A stretch of 63,795 nt of DNA, counting the filler, from Vezdaea acicularis (lineage: Eukaryota): assembly GCA_026025075.1 (NCBI GenBank). It is 3 parts of 3 records of this genome, joined end to end, with 100 filler letters (N's around TTAATTAATTAA, not from the genome) between each part and the next. Parts side by side here need not be neighbours in the genome. Positions count along the whole stretch, not along the records: positions 1 to 23,381 come from JAPEUI010000186.1; 2 more parts are not named here. One strand, given 5' to 3'. The position numbers and the translations under genes were made by a program. Below are positions 11,066 through 23,481 of the stretch, piece after piece (position 1 is the first letter of the stretch; the number at the start of each line of letters is the position of its first letter). The notes beneath the pieces are model-generated. The model ran no database searches. It was given only the letters and a program-made list of their open reading frames with translations, and had not been told where the DNA came from.

Positions 11066-14000
11066 GCACGGGTAGTGAATGAGGGTGGTGGGGGAAGGGA
11101 GGGGGTATGGGTGGACTACAGATGTTTGAATGGAATGGGGTTCTTGGGGCTTGAGCTCGACGCTATGCGATGGATTTTTTCTAGGACGTGAGACTTTCGC
11201 GGATGCTGGAGGCCCTGTAAGACTTAGCACGAACGCCATACATACCCCTTTTCCCAATCGATCGATTAAAGCTTCCACGATAGCCGGTATGCAGGTACAA
11301 ACGTGGGGTAGGGTGGCCCGTAAAGGGGGCAATCGGCCGCTAATTCCAGGTACCCGTCAATGGCTCACCGTTGGAGCACCTCCGCCAGACCAATATGAAA
11401 GCCACTAGAACACCGTGCTTCGTGAAGAAATATTCGAACTAATGCAGTCTGATAACCCCCTCCGAACTCTAGGGGTATTTGAAGGATTCCGAATGTTACC
11501 GTAGTCAAAACGGTAGATGTCACGGGAAATTTCAACAAAGGTCTTTTATATCATGCGAGTAAGCATGATACGTAGCTTATGAGATTCTTTTGGTGTTGTA
11601 TATTGTACTCCCGATCCCGGGGAAGCCCGCAGAGCTGACTTCCCAAAGGTGCTTACCTGTCCTGCTTGGGGGAAGAATCCTGAGGCCAAATACAGCTGGA
11701 GCCATAGTGGCCGTTTCAGCCTTATGCTTATACCTTAACAACGAGGCTCTTGATGATGACATACGTGACTCGAAGTCACATGAAGGCCCGCTAGATCGGC
11801 ATTGCCTCGTCTCACCTCATCGTGTTGCATCGCCGACGGCGCGTACAAGTGTTGCACCTTGACTCATCGTCCCGATGGCCCCTTGCCACTAACCATTCGC
11901 CCGAAGCAAGGGCCGATGTTCGGATATCCTTTACGAGGTCGTGACTGTCTCGATGGCCATTTCGAAGTCCAAGGTCACTCCGAGGTACCCGTAGGCAGTC
12001 AACATAGTGCTGAGTCACCAATAGAGTTTGGGATAGTATACAGCGTGCGTTGCAGACTCCTTTCAGCCACAGTGCGCCACGTTGAGTGGAAGCTGTCATA
12101 TGGATGCAATAATAGCTTGGCTGGATGGCAACCTTCCAGGCGCCTGGATCCTCAACGGGGCGATATGGAGGCTCCATCCCGCTTCTGACGTCCAAACATC
12201 AAGCCGAGAATCGAAATGACCTCGAAACACCCATGTCAAAACCGGGTTCGTCGCGATAGTCTAGTTTCAATCTTAATGAAAGCGTGGCGTATCAGACTCG
12301 ACGTTGTGCGACTTTAGCGTCATCGTGATCGTGGTCACGGTCATAGGCAGCAAAGGGACTCGGCTGCCTAGAGTAGCACGGTCGGATGAGGGGCGGAGCA
12401 TGGACGGTGAACGAGGAATTTGGCGGGAGCCGTTTGTGGCGATGGTGTGTGACTGCCTTTCCTTGTTCCGCCGGATGCAGACCCGAATCCAGAGGAAAGG
12501 AACTCAGCCTTTTCCAACGCCGTGGGTGTGATAATGAAACAAGTTCTCTCTCTTCGGCGCAAGCTCGGATGTGGCTTCGATCCGGCCTCCTCCTCGGCCA
12601 TGGAAGGAAAAACAAAGATGCGAAGGCGAAAGAGTTTTTCCGGCGAGATCTTCGGGATGACTCTTCGGTAGATGCCGAGAGCTCGGGTGCGGTGGGTGCC
12701 AGGGACTTTTTGCACAAAGATCATCAAAAGGTACCAAACGAGCGTCATATGATGCCTCACCGTCCGAACTGAGACCTTTTCTTCATAAGCGCGATGTTTG
12801 ATTGGTCTGCGCGGGCCCGTCGCTATCGCCGCTTGCAGGCCAATTAATGACACATTCTCGCTGGCGGCGACTGATTGGCGGCGAACAAAAGGATTTCGCA
12901 CATCGTCCTCCCACGCATCGCCCGCATGGCTGCCGCCGATGGTCGGACTGAGCGTCAAGCGGCTGCATGAAGGTGGAGGACGCTTGATCGGCTGTTGCGA
13001 ATCAAAGGAAGGCTGAGTGTCAATCCGCCTTCGACTCGCCCACCCTCTCCAGCCAAAAGCGGGGGTCCTTGACCGGATTATCGCTGTCGTCATTGGCTGA
13101 TGGCGAGGCCAGGACAAGGACAAGAGCGACCGTATGTCGAGCATGGAGGCATGGCTGGGAGGATCGGGCGATGAACGACGGGCGACACGGCCGTGAGAAC
13201 GACGGAGCCATGGATGAGACGACGGCTACTCAAGGGCCGCACTGCAGCCTGGCCATACCCGCGAGAGTTATCAAGAATGGGATATGAGGGCGAGGCAGTA
13301 ACCCGATCGAAAAGGACTCTGCGGAGAGGCACCAGGCTTTTTCTGTCGGGACCAGCAGGGTTGACTTGAAGGCAAACACACAAACTGGTAGAAGCTCTCT
13401 GGTAGCCTCCCGCGCCGCTCCATCAGGCTAGAGTGCACCTCGCGTTTCTGATGTTGCATCTCTCGAGAAGTCGACTCCGTGCTACAGAAGGCGCCTATCT
13501 GGTATCATGAGGAGGACCGGACCCGACTCTATCGGCATACCGCGCTTGAGCCCGCGTCTCTGGCCCTCGTAGACGTTTTCATCGCGATGCATGGAAGCCT
13601 CTCAGAGTAGGCGGCGTGTCGTTGAGGTATTATCGGCATTATCTCGTCAGGTGGCGAAGCTTCTTTATTCCTTTCTGGCTTCGCTTGATGCCGGCCGCTC
13701 ACTCTTCCTTTGCCTGCGCCGGTGCCCTTTCTTGCTTGGACCCTCCCCCCCCCCCCTTTAGTGCCACGCCGCCGCCCCCTCGAGGTCAAGCGGCCAGTGC
13801 GACGCTGATCGTCGTCGCCCAGAACTCTGATGGAAGTTCTTCGAGATCAGATACGAACGCTGGCCGCTCCCGTCCATGGGCAGCCGCGAGGATGATCATA
13901 ATGAGACACGGCGAAGCGCCCGGCGATCGCCCATGCTTCAGCGTTCAGCGTCCAGCGTCCAGCAGCGCGCAAAGGCTGGCTGAGAGTGGGTGAGCTTGAG

Positions 14001-14920
14001 GAGAAATCATTTGCATGGATCTCCCAATAGGAATGCAAAAGGTGTGCCACCGGCTCGTGTGTAGCCACTTCGACCAACTGCGAGGGATCTGGGCGGGAGC
14101 GATGGTGCGTCGCGCGTTGTCTCCGCTGGGGCAAAGGTGGCAGGTTGGGTTGCGAAACGAGAGGGTAGAGTCATCTTAGAATTGCAGATGCACAACCGCA
14201 GGCGCTCCTGCCCCCCCGCCGCCCGCTCGCGCTACTGCCCATCCATCAAAAACCCACCGTCGCCCCCAGCTGCTGAAGCCCTTCTTCAGTGCGAGCAGCG
14301 ATGAACGATTCGATATCTCAACGATAAGTGCAGCTCGAAAGGGTTTGCCAGATCGTTTTCATCCCGACCGTACTCCGCTTCTCTCCCTCTACTTCCACCT
14401 CCCTCTCTGCCCGACCAGCCACGGTTTGTTTGATCCTCCGCCGTAAGTTCCCTCGCCGCGTTTGAGACAAAGCGTCTCTCCAGCCTGCTCGCCATGAAAG
14501 TCCGAAGACTCACATTCAGCCGTCACAGTCACACCCATTTCAATAGCAGGAGGACTTGCCACTCCCCTTGTCCTTCCGTCCTCATTTAAATTTTCTCGGC
14601 CATCCGCGGTGTCTGCTCTCCTTCACATCACGGGTGCGACCGGTACTGTGGCCACTTGCCAAGATCTAGTCATAGCTCAAGTCGGCTTTACCGCCGTCCT
14701 GTGACTGCTTCGAAGGCAATTGCAACTGCCTTTTGCGATTCAGCTTTAGGGCTACATCTCCACTCCTTCCACCAGAACCGTCAAGTTCATTTAAAACTAC
14801 ACAACTCTCATCGGATGCCTACCACGAGTGTTCAACCTTTAAAGATTTAAAATCACCACCCGACTCTTCACCCAATCTCTACTCTTAAATCCTTTCTCAT
14901 ATTTACGAACTTCAATCATC

Positions 14921-15022
14921 ATGTCTCCCATTTGCGAATTCGGACTTGCTCCGGTCACTGGTCTTCTTGTATCGAGCCTCACTTCAAATGAACTTTCCAC
15001 TGTCATGGGTGCGCCATGTTAG
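14921..15022 (+). promoter_or_regulatory. Upstream ORF (33 aa, MSPICEFGLAPVTGLLVSSLTSNELSTVMGAPC*) in the cyclin 5' leader
   Basis: ATG in ATCATCATG context (A at -3); TAG at 15020-15022, 94 nt before the cyclin ATG. Confidence 0.55.
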
Positions 15023-15116
15023 GAAAGTTCTCGATCTCGACACCTTTGACTCCTAAATTTAAATCAACATCAGATACCTTACAAAGTTTCTGATACCTTT
15101 ACAATCTCATCGGAAC

Positions 15117-16322
15117 ATGGCATGTACCTTTGAGCCTCGAATTGAGGCGACCGCCCAACTTCGAAATCTTAACCACCCTTACTCTTCCTCAAACTCATCC
15201 CCCGCCTCATCATCCGCCTCTTCAATTTTTTCAATCAACGATGCCTCCTCACAAGCATCCTCAGTCTCTTCCTCTTCTTCAACTTCATCCGTCTCGTCAA
15301 CAAACTCTCTCAACTTCGTCTCAGAAGCCGAGAATACATCTCCAGAATCGGAATACATCCCTCGACGCGTTGCCTTACCGTCATTCAATGATGCTACAAT
15401 CACCATCAGGGGTAAAAGACCACATCCGACCGATGATGACGTTCCAGTACCTGCGGATCAGCGGTTACATCCAAGACGAACAAAGCGAAGGCGTAACGCG
15501 GACGACTCGCGCAACGGTGTATCAGACGGCGGGTCCGCACGACCTCCTCCGTCCCTGGTTCGCCAGAGCGATCGCAAAGTCACCTTTGTGGACAACCTTG
15601 TCGGTAAGCTAGGAAACGGTCTCACGAACGCAAACGAAGATAAGCTAATACAATTTTCCTTGATCGAAGATTCCGCTGCTCAGATCGTTGAAGTCATATG
15701 GCCTCTCTCTGTTGTACGCCGTCGAAGCGAAGTTGCTCTCGGTGGCAAGGGCGTGCTCCCACTCCGGACTTTCATCCAGGAGACACTGCGCCGATCGCGG
15801 ACGAGTTACTCGACCCTTCAAGTTGCTCTATACTACCTGATCGTCCTCCGGCCTCACGTGCCGAAGTTCGATTTCACGATGGAGCAACCTGAAGATAGTC
15901 AGTCTCTCCGCGCTCTGCAGTGTGGTCGACGCATGTTCCTTGCTGCCCTCATCCTCGCTTCGAAGTATCTCCAAGATCGAAACTACTCGGCACGTGCATG
16001 GAGCAAGATATCTGGTCTCAACATTCAGGAGATCAACGTGAACGAGATGACCTTCCTTACTGCAGTTAACTGGAAGTTGCACATCTCCGAAGAACTCTTT
16101 AACAAGTGGGCGGACATCGTCCTCAAATATACTCAAACAACGACCCCCCCACCCCCATCACCCTGCGAACCCTTCTCATGCTCGTTCTTCACGGAGAACC
16201 GACAGTGCGGTTGGGCGTCGGTCATCCCGCGGCTCACTCCGGAGCTGGACACGATCGAACTCAACGACGACGTCAACGACGAGCTCGTTCCGTTCGTTGC
16301 GATGAAGATGCGGAAGCGGTAG
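15117..16322 (+). CDS. Pho85/Pcl-family cyclin, Pcl5/Pas1-like; in-frame intron 15604-15669
   Basis: LVRQSDRKVTFVDNLV/DSAAQIVEVIWP, FIQETLRRSRTSYSTLQVALYYL, CGRRMFLAALILASKYLQDRNYSARAWSKISGL and EMTFLTAVNWKL. The 66-nt GTAAGC...GCTAAT...AAG intron. Confidence 0.88.
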   Translation: MACTFEPRIEATAQLRNLNHPYSSSNSSPASSSASSIFSINDASSQASSVSSSSSTSSVSSTNSLNFVSEAENTSPESEYIPRRVALPSFNDATITIRGKRPHPTDDDVPVPADQRLHPRRTKRRRNADDSRNGVSDGGSARPPPSLVRQSDRKVTFVDNLVGKLGNGLTNANEDKLIQFSLIEDSAAQIVEVIWPLSVVRRRSEVALGGKGVLPLRTFIQETLRRSRTSYSTLQVALYYLIVLRPHVPKFDFTMEQPEDSQSLRALQCGRRMFLAALILASKYLQDRNYSARAWSKISGLNIQEINVNEMTFLTAVNWKLHISEELFNKWADIVLKYTQTTTPPPPSPCEPFSCSFFTENRQCGWASVIPRLTPELDTIELNDDVNDELVPFVAMKMRKR

Positions 16323-19258
16323 TTCGGTTGCTTCTTTTAGCTTGGCCAACCTTGCACTTAATGTACTATACTGCTCCCAGTCCACGGACTGGAGCCCTTG
16401 TATGATCAGGAATAGGAGAAGCTTGTAAATTTTAAAGGTGCCTTTCCCCCGATGATGTGCATTGAAAGTCCAATGAAATGATGTGAATGCGAGAAACGAT
16501 TGCCTCTGTCATGGAAAGGTGCAAGGGGACCGATGCGTTTTGCACGCAGAATAGGCAGCACTTTTTCGTGACCGATCACATGATCGAACGAGTATACTAA
16601 AGGGGGAAATTCTTGGAACGTCCGAGCCTCAGTCTTATTGGGCGATCTTGGATACGAAACCCGATTTCTCTGTCTACGAATGATATAATCCCCTAATCAA
16701 ATGGAGAGAGATTTCGTTCGAAGCCACGCTATGGATTGGCCACGGCTCCCGACGGGCGAAGCGAGAGTTGTCTCTCTCTGTCTTTCTGTCGTGCACACCC
16801 CGACGCCGCGCCCTCCGGCACCTTCCGGTGGAGTCTCTATCTTGAGATACTCGTACCGCAGCATGTCATCCGACGCAACCGCAACGGGGATGAGCTCGAT
16901 CAAGATGCATCGAAGGGACGGCCGCAAGATACACCGGCGGAGCGTACCTCGAAGCCTCACTCGTCCATATGAGCTTATCACGTCTGATGTACTCCTACTC
17001 CGTCCAGCGACCACCGTGCCTGCCACCAGAGGGGCCCGTTTCGCAAACACCACACCTCTGACATCGTTTCGTGCACATGGCGCCCGTCCAGTCACGCCGT
17101 CCTGGGGGGAGGGAGCAGATGGAGCCTTACCGCGTTGGGACGGAGGGTATCTGCGACATGGCTGCGGCGGCGCACCAATGGAGGCTGACGAGCGAGGGCG
17201 ACATGCAGCAATATTGCTTGGGACTTGGCGTGCTGGGAAGAAGCTTGGGCCGGTAGCTTTGACGCGAGCTCACCCATTGGCGTTCGAGGGCTTCCCAACC
17301 TTCGTCTCCCCAACTCGCCATCTGCGGCTTCGCTCGATCGACCAACCAACGCCCATGGACACGGGCAAGGGGGGGGTGTTTTCTGGCACTGACACCATCG
17401 ATCACCGTTCAGGAAACGGCAGGCGCAGCCGCGAAGGGTTCACCATTGCGCCTTCCAGAGCATGCACGGGCAAGGGCGGGCATGGGCGAGCATGGGCGAG
17501 CATGGGAAAGCGAGGGAGGGCGGCGTGAGGGGGGCGCGAAGATGGCTGGCCCGTCCGCTGCTCGCTGGCACTTCCCGGGACCGCCCAGCGCGCCCCGCCT
17601 GCGTTCGCTTGCTGGCCGCTTGCGGTTGCGTCCTCAGCCCAGATGACAGGCGTCCCTCCGCCATCGTTGCAACCGTCGGACGCCTCATTCTTCGCACCGC
17701 ACCGCGACCATTGCGTCTGCTCCCCTCCTCCCCCCTCAATCTCGTCAACGGAACCCGCATCGTCGGGGACTGCACGGCCGCGGGTGGGCTCTTTTTGGGA
17801 ACTCATTGCCTTGGGACCGCGCGACTGACCCGTCGCATGCTCCAGCCGCAGGGATAATTAAGCGACGTGCCCCCCGGTCTAGACTTGGGGGGAGGGAACA
17901 CCCCCGTCGAGTCCGCCCGCCCAATTCCTCACTTCCTCGCTCCTTTTACCCTTCCGGCCGACGAAAGGACGGACACGCGAGACGCAATCCGCAAGCCGTC
18001 CCGCCGTCTCCTCGCACCGTCGGAACGGCCAAGGGCCCCCTTCGGTCCAGCGCGGACGGCCAATGGCCGGAGCGGAGGGAATGCGGCGGTGGGACCCTCT
18101 CTTCGGCCAGACGTCGTCTTGACCCTTCAAGTGGCATGCGCGGGGCAGCCATCTGCCTCCACATCCGCCATGTCAGCGGGACCCTCTGGGACAGGGACGG
18201 GGGCCGCGACACGGACGCCCACGCTCGGGGGCCACGCAGGGCCGGTCAGAGGAGCAGGGCATCGCGTGCGGAATGCGTGGAGAGAGAGATGAGGAGAACT
18301 GCTCTCGGAGGAAAGTGTCCTCGTCTCCTCTGCTATCTGCTGCTCCTCTGCACGTCTGCACCTCCGCCCTTTTCGACCTCACCTCTCCTCGCTAGTCCCG
18401 TCCACCGGTCCGGCGCGGGGGGGGGGTCCTTGGCTCGCCCCAACCGCCGGCGGCGTCGAAAAGCAAGCTCGGCGCACCCCTGCTGATCATCTCGACCCCT
18501 CTGCGATGAAGAATGCAACGCTGAACGTTGAGCGTGGCCATCTAGCCCTCTCCGTCCGACGGTCGGCCTGCGTCGCTGGGCGCTTCTCAGAGCAGGATGC
18601 CGGGTCGTGACGCCGACTCGGCTCCCTCGCCTTGGACGTGTGCATGGCCGGTGCCCCCGATGCGTCGAAAGGGTCCCGCTTTGGGTGGGAGGGGGGAGGG
18701 TTTCTCCGGTCCGTGTCGTAAGCGAAGGGGAGGGGGAGGGCATTTCCGCAATGCTTTTCTCTCCTCCCTCCTCTTGAGCCCTGCGCTGACAGCTGCACGG
18801 GAATAATGGAGGGGGGGGAAAAGAAAGACATCGGGACGATGAGCTGTGAGGAGTGGTCGAGCTGGTCGAGCTGGCCGAAGAGGTCCCGGTCCGCCCCGTC
18901 TCGTCCTCTATCATTCACACGCGCCTGCCTCACCCACACCAATATTTGGAATCGCCTTTTTTTCTTCTGCATCGCCGCGCTCCTTTCGTTCGAACGGACG
19001 GCGCGAGCGTCATCGCTCCTCAGCTTCAGCCATGAAGGCCGCCGCCCCTGGCGGCTGCTCCATGCGGGTCTGTGAGGCGCAAGGCGTCGCCCTCGGGAGG
19101 GGGCCCCTTTTTCCTCATTCGGCTGGCGCCGTGCCCGTCCCTGCGTGGGGACGCATGTGCAACTCATCATAAGGCGGTCATGGCGATGCGGTAATCATTC
19201 ATCATTCGGCGTATCGACCGACCCGCCCACCGCGCGAGGCCGTGGCTGAGGACGCCGG

Positions 19259-19289
<31 letters not shown>
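19259..19289. repeat. (TGC)10 microsatellite
   Basis: Direct reading. Confidence 0.9.
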
Positions 19290-19290
<1 letters not shown>

Positions 19291-20670
19291 GAAAGGGCCG
19301 ACGGTGCCCCTCCTTGGGAGCCAGCGCGCGGCAGGCCCGGTCCAGACTACGGTGGTGCAGAAGGTCACCCTCTGGTGCGCGACTCGACTCGTCTCGTCGC
19401 CGCTCGCGTCTGGGGCTGCATCCCCTCGTCTGGCTTTCTCCGAACGGCGAGCTCGCACTTGTCAGAAAGCAGAGACACGAGCAATATTGCGCGCGCTACT
19501 CCGCTTTGATCGCGCGGACAAATACGCAAATACACGGCAAAAAGCCCCGTTCTCCCCAATCCGATCGAATCCCATGCGCGGCCAGCCACGCCCATCGCAA
19601 CGGCGCTCTGGCTCCGCGCCGCGCTCTCGAAGAGGATGCAACGTTACCGACATCCCCGAGAGCGTTTTCCCCCCCCCCTCCTTCCCTCTCTCCTCCTCTC
19701 TCCTGTCTCCTCGCTCGCCTTCCCCCCCCCCTTCCTCAGCGTCCCGCCAGCCCGCTCCTCCCCCTCCTCCCTCCACCCCCCCGGACGCCCGCTCCAATTA
19801 ACCCTAAGCCCTTTCGGACGCCGACATGCCTGTGCCGGCGCATGGCGAGATGGACTTGCCCAAAGGATGTTGTCGGGCCCCGATCGAAGGCGGATGGCTG
19901 GCCCTGCCCGCAGACCTGGCGTCCGCCATACATAACCTCCATCAGCTGCTGTCGCACGACCGTCCACCCACGGAGACCCCGTCGCTCCCATCGCACGCCC
20001 ACACCGCACGCCTTCTCCGTTCTCTAAAAGCGCCGCCGCGAACAAGCTTACTGGTGATCGACAGCGCCCGCCAGCAGTCGGCCGGGACAACCCTCGACCG
20101 CGACCTGGGACCTTCGACGTGCGACGTGCGCAGTGCGACTTCCATCCACCACGACCGTTCCGCCGGGTGACCGTTCGAACGCGATCGCGATCCAGCGTTC
20201 TGATAGTTCCCCCTTCTCGCTGGGCCCCAGCACGCGCGCCGTCCGCAGCGATCATTACCGCTTTGCACCTCGCACTTCCCACCATTGGGCCCGGCGCGCT
20301 GTCGCTTCCATCCGACACTAAGTGCCTCGTCCCAGTTGGCCTCTTCCCCCCCCCCAAGGCCCAGACCACCCTTTTCGCATCCCTGGTCCGCCGACCTCGA
20401 CTCGCCTTCCCAGCACACCGGCCGCCGGTGCGCGCGAGGTGATCGTCGCTCAACTTCCTGGACCTGGTCAAACATCAACACCGACATTCCCTCCCCCCCT
20501 CCACCTCCTCCTCCTCCTCCTTCTCTTCCTCGCGACATCATAACGCAATTGCCCGCGCGCGCTGATACACGACCGCTGCACAAGAACACCGCTGCGATAT
20601 TTACGCCCCCCGGATAAAAGACAGGAACCGCTCGTCATCGTCGTGGTGGCTGCGTGATTTCGTGACCTGG

Positions 20671-20760
20671 GTATGGATGTTCCCTCACCTCGCTGCTTCA
20701 TATCCTCCTCCTGCGTCCGCCGGGACCCCGTTGTTTCGCGCACCAATTGACTAGCTATAG
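20671..20760 (+). other. Probable 5'-UTR intron of the C2H2 transcription factor gene
   Basis: GTATGG donor, pyrimidine-rich body, TTGAC branch-like site and TAG acceptor. It contains the only ATGs between 19897 and 21261. Confidence 0.55.
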
Positions 20761-21261
20761 ACCCTGCCGCGAGCTCCCACGCCGATCTTCCGTCGTTCAA
20801 CGTCGAGGAACTCCACCGGGCGAAAGATACTCCTCATCATCGTAATTCTGCTACTTATCACCGACGAAGGCGCCCCCTCCTCACCCTCTCGCCGCGGCCC
20901 TCGGACAACGTCTTACTCGAGGATAATCTGACTTTGATTCAACGTTTAATACGATCGCATACGTGCGAGCGAAGCGTCAACATCGTGGACGGTGCCCCTA
21001 GTAATTGATTTCCCAACCCGCCGGCCGTCTTAAGGTCCTGATCAGCCGTCTTTCCAGTCGGCCGCACACGGATTGCCCTTCGTGGCGCACCAGGCTGCTC
21101 AATACTGGGCTCAACCTCAAGTACTTCAAGCCCCATATCCCCCCCGTAATAGCCTTCCGACCCCGCCGACGTCCGAGTCGGAGGTGTTCCGCCCGTTCGC
21201 TGGCCACCAGCAGGACCCGAACGGCACCGTGGCGACGACACTCGCCTTACTCCCGCCGCAG

Positions 21262-22680
21262 ATGACTTCCACCTCGGAATCATTAGGACCACACCCGGCG
21301 AGCTTCTCATCGAGGAGGTCTGCGGCCTCGAACCTTCCGAACTTCCAGCTCCCTCCGCCCGATCTGCAGAAGTTCCCCGGGATAGGCGCGATCAATCCCA
21401 CGCAACCCTCTCCGGTCAATGTCGGTAACCTCTTGACACCGCCCTCGAACTTACCGGGAGATGGCCTCAGCCCACTCTCCTCGGGGGTCAACAGCAACAG
21501 CTCTGCGAGCACCAATCCCGGAGTCCCGCCTTACACACCGGTCGGTTTCTGGCAGCCACCGCCTCCGATGAGTGAGCATCCTCCCATCTGGCCCCATACT
21601 CATGATGTTCAGATTGGCTAATGTCCCACAGACCGCGAGACTTCGTACCAGAGTAGACCCGTCTTCTCTCCGTCGCTGAATTCCATGGTCAGGAACTCAA
21701 ACTCCCCCTCGGCTACAGAAAGTTCGTTGCCCCCGCCACCGTATGACAACCTCCTGCCGCCTTTCGCAACCTCGATGCCAATGTCAGGGCCTGCCAGCAC
21801 GAGCCTCCCGAACATGGGCTCGCAGCAACAACCGATGGGAGGTGTATATGGACCGATGCATCCAACGACGCAGCCATCGCCTGTCCACGCTCCAGAGCCC
21901 TACAACCCCCTCCGAGCACCTCCGACTCCCTCGTACTACAACTCAGCCCCGTCTTCGGCCCAACAGGCGACCTTCCCATCGTCCTATACCGCGCCCTCGC
22001 CAAGCCAACAGAGCCCCATGTCTTCGAGCGCACCAGGGTCACGGATCTCCCCGATTGCGAGCGGATCGATGCAACATCCGAACCAGCTCCAACCGGCTCT
22101 TGGTCCGCCGACCCATCACTTCCAGCGACCTTTCAACTACAGCCTCCCACAAATGTCAGGCCCCATCGCCACAAACGTCCACAACCCGGGCGGGCAGATG
22201 GCCGTGGTCGGTGGCAGTATGCCTGGTGGAATGATGTCCGCGTACGGGAATCACGGGAACGTCTCTCATATGTACGGTGGCCAGGCACATCAACAGCCGC
22301 AGCAGAACGAGAGGCCCTTCAAATGCGACCAATGCCCGCAGAGCTTCAACCGGAACCACGACTTGAAGCGGCATAAGCGCATACATCTCGCGGTCAAACC
22401 ATTCCCCTGTACCCACTGCGAGAAGAGCTTCTCGAGGAAAGACGCCTTGAAGGTATTATTTTTTTCCCCGTAGCGTACCTCTAAAATCGTAGAACCTCCT
22501 CACTAACCCCGGGTTTTATAGCGCCACGTCCTCGTCAAAGGCTGCGGCAAGGCCACCGCCTCCGACTCGCGAGAAGACGGCTCCATGTCTCCGCCCGACC
22601 GCTCCGAAATCACGAGTAATAGCAGCGGCGACGATAGTCCCTCCATGAACGGCGCCAACGTCAAGAATGAATCGTCATGA
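21262..22680 (+). CDS. C2H2 zinc-finger transcription factor; exons 21262-21571, 21632-22452, 22522-22680
   Basis: P/S/Q-rich body plus two fingers: FKCDQCPQSFNRNHDLKRHKRIHLAVKPFPCTHCEKSFSRKDALK/RHVLVKGC. Introns have GCTAAT and ACTAAC branch points. Confidence 0.88.
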
Positions 22681-23381
22681 CAACCAATCTCCCCCACCAC
22701 ACCCTCCCCCGCCGTGCCTTTCTACTAGCTCGAGCTCTCTTTTCCCCCCTTACGCCGCTTTTCCTCTACAGTAGGATCATTGACTTTGAGGCGGGCGGGC
22801 GATATTTTGTATTCGGCCCCCCCCCCCAAATCCCTTTTCATAATGTTCAATGCTAGTTTTACCCTCCCTCCCCTTTTTGATTCTTGTTCGGCAAAAATCA
22901 AGGCCGAGCTCGTAGAGAAATTTTCGATGATATCTCGGATAAGGGTCTTTTTTTGTGTCCATCCGTCTGTCTGTCTGTTCTGTCTTTAGGGAAACGATCC
23001 GGCGGTCCGGCGTGGCCCCCTTTTTGCAAAAATATCCTTGTCCTTTTTTTTCCCCCTCCCTTTCTCTTTTCTGGGCTTGGAGGGGTGCTTTGGTCCTTAG
23101 TTGTTTCACGCTCATATACCTCCACCCCACCCCCTTTTTTTGGCTTAATGGCGCATAGGATTCTTCTCTCTTTCTAATTTCTTTTCTCTCTCTCTCCGCT
23201 TTTAGGCGATGACCCCTAGGCGACGTGTCTTGAGCTACGTTAGCTAGACCTAAGCTTCGATGCTTGCTTGCGTGCTTGCGCTCTTCAACGGACGCGCCAC
23301 GCACCCAGGTGTGAATGGTATGATAATGTCATGGCTTGCGTGTTACCCGTTCTCCTTCGCGTCGACGTATCATGTAGAAAT

Positions 23382-23481
23382 NNNNNNNNNNNNNNNNNNN
23401 NNNNNNNNNNNNNNNNNNNNNNNNNTTAATTAATTAANNNNNNNNNNNNNNNNNNNNNNNNNNNNNNNNNNNNNNNNNNNN
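23382..23481. other. Artificial assembly spacer (N44-TTAATTAATTAA-N44)
   Basis: Six-frame stop linker embedded in Ns; identical to the spacer at 45998-46097. Confidence 0.97.

Noticed and set aside
11100..14300. Many 60-260 aa ORFs on both strands upstream of the cyclin
   Set aside because: R/P/S-rich, overlapping and without motifs or codon bias; expected in GC-rich regulatory DNA.
16317..16345. Stop-codon readthrough of the cyclin
   Set aside because: The TAG context is not a readthrough motif and a second TAG follows within six codons.
16400..20600. Dense overlapping ORFs up to 275 aa (e.g. 16701-17528, 19644-20471)
   Set aside because: GC-rich, homopolymer- and microsatellite-laden promoter region of the C2H2 gene; the translations are not protein-like.
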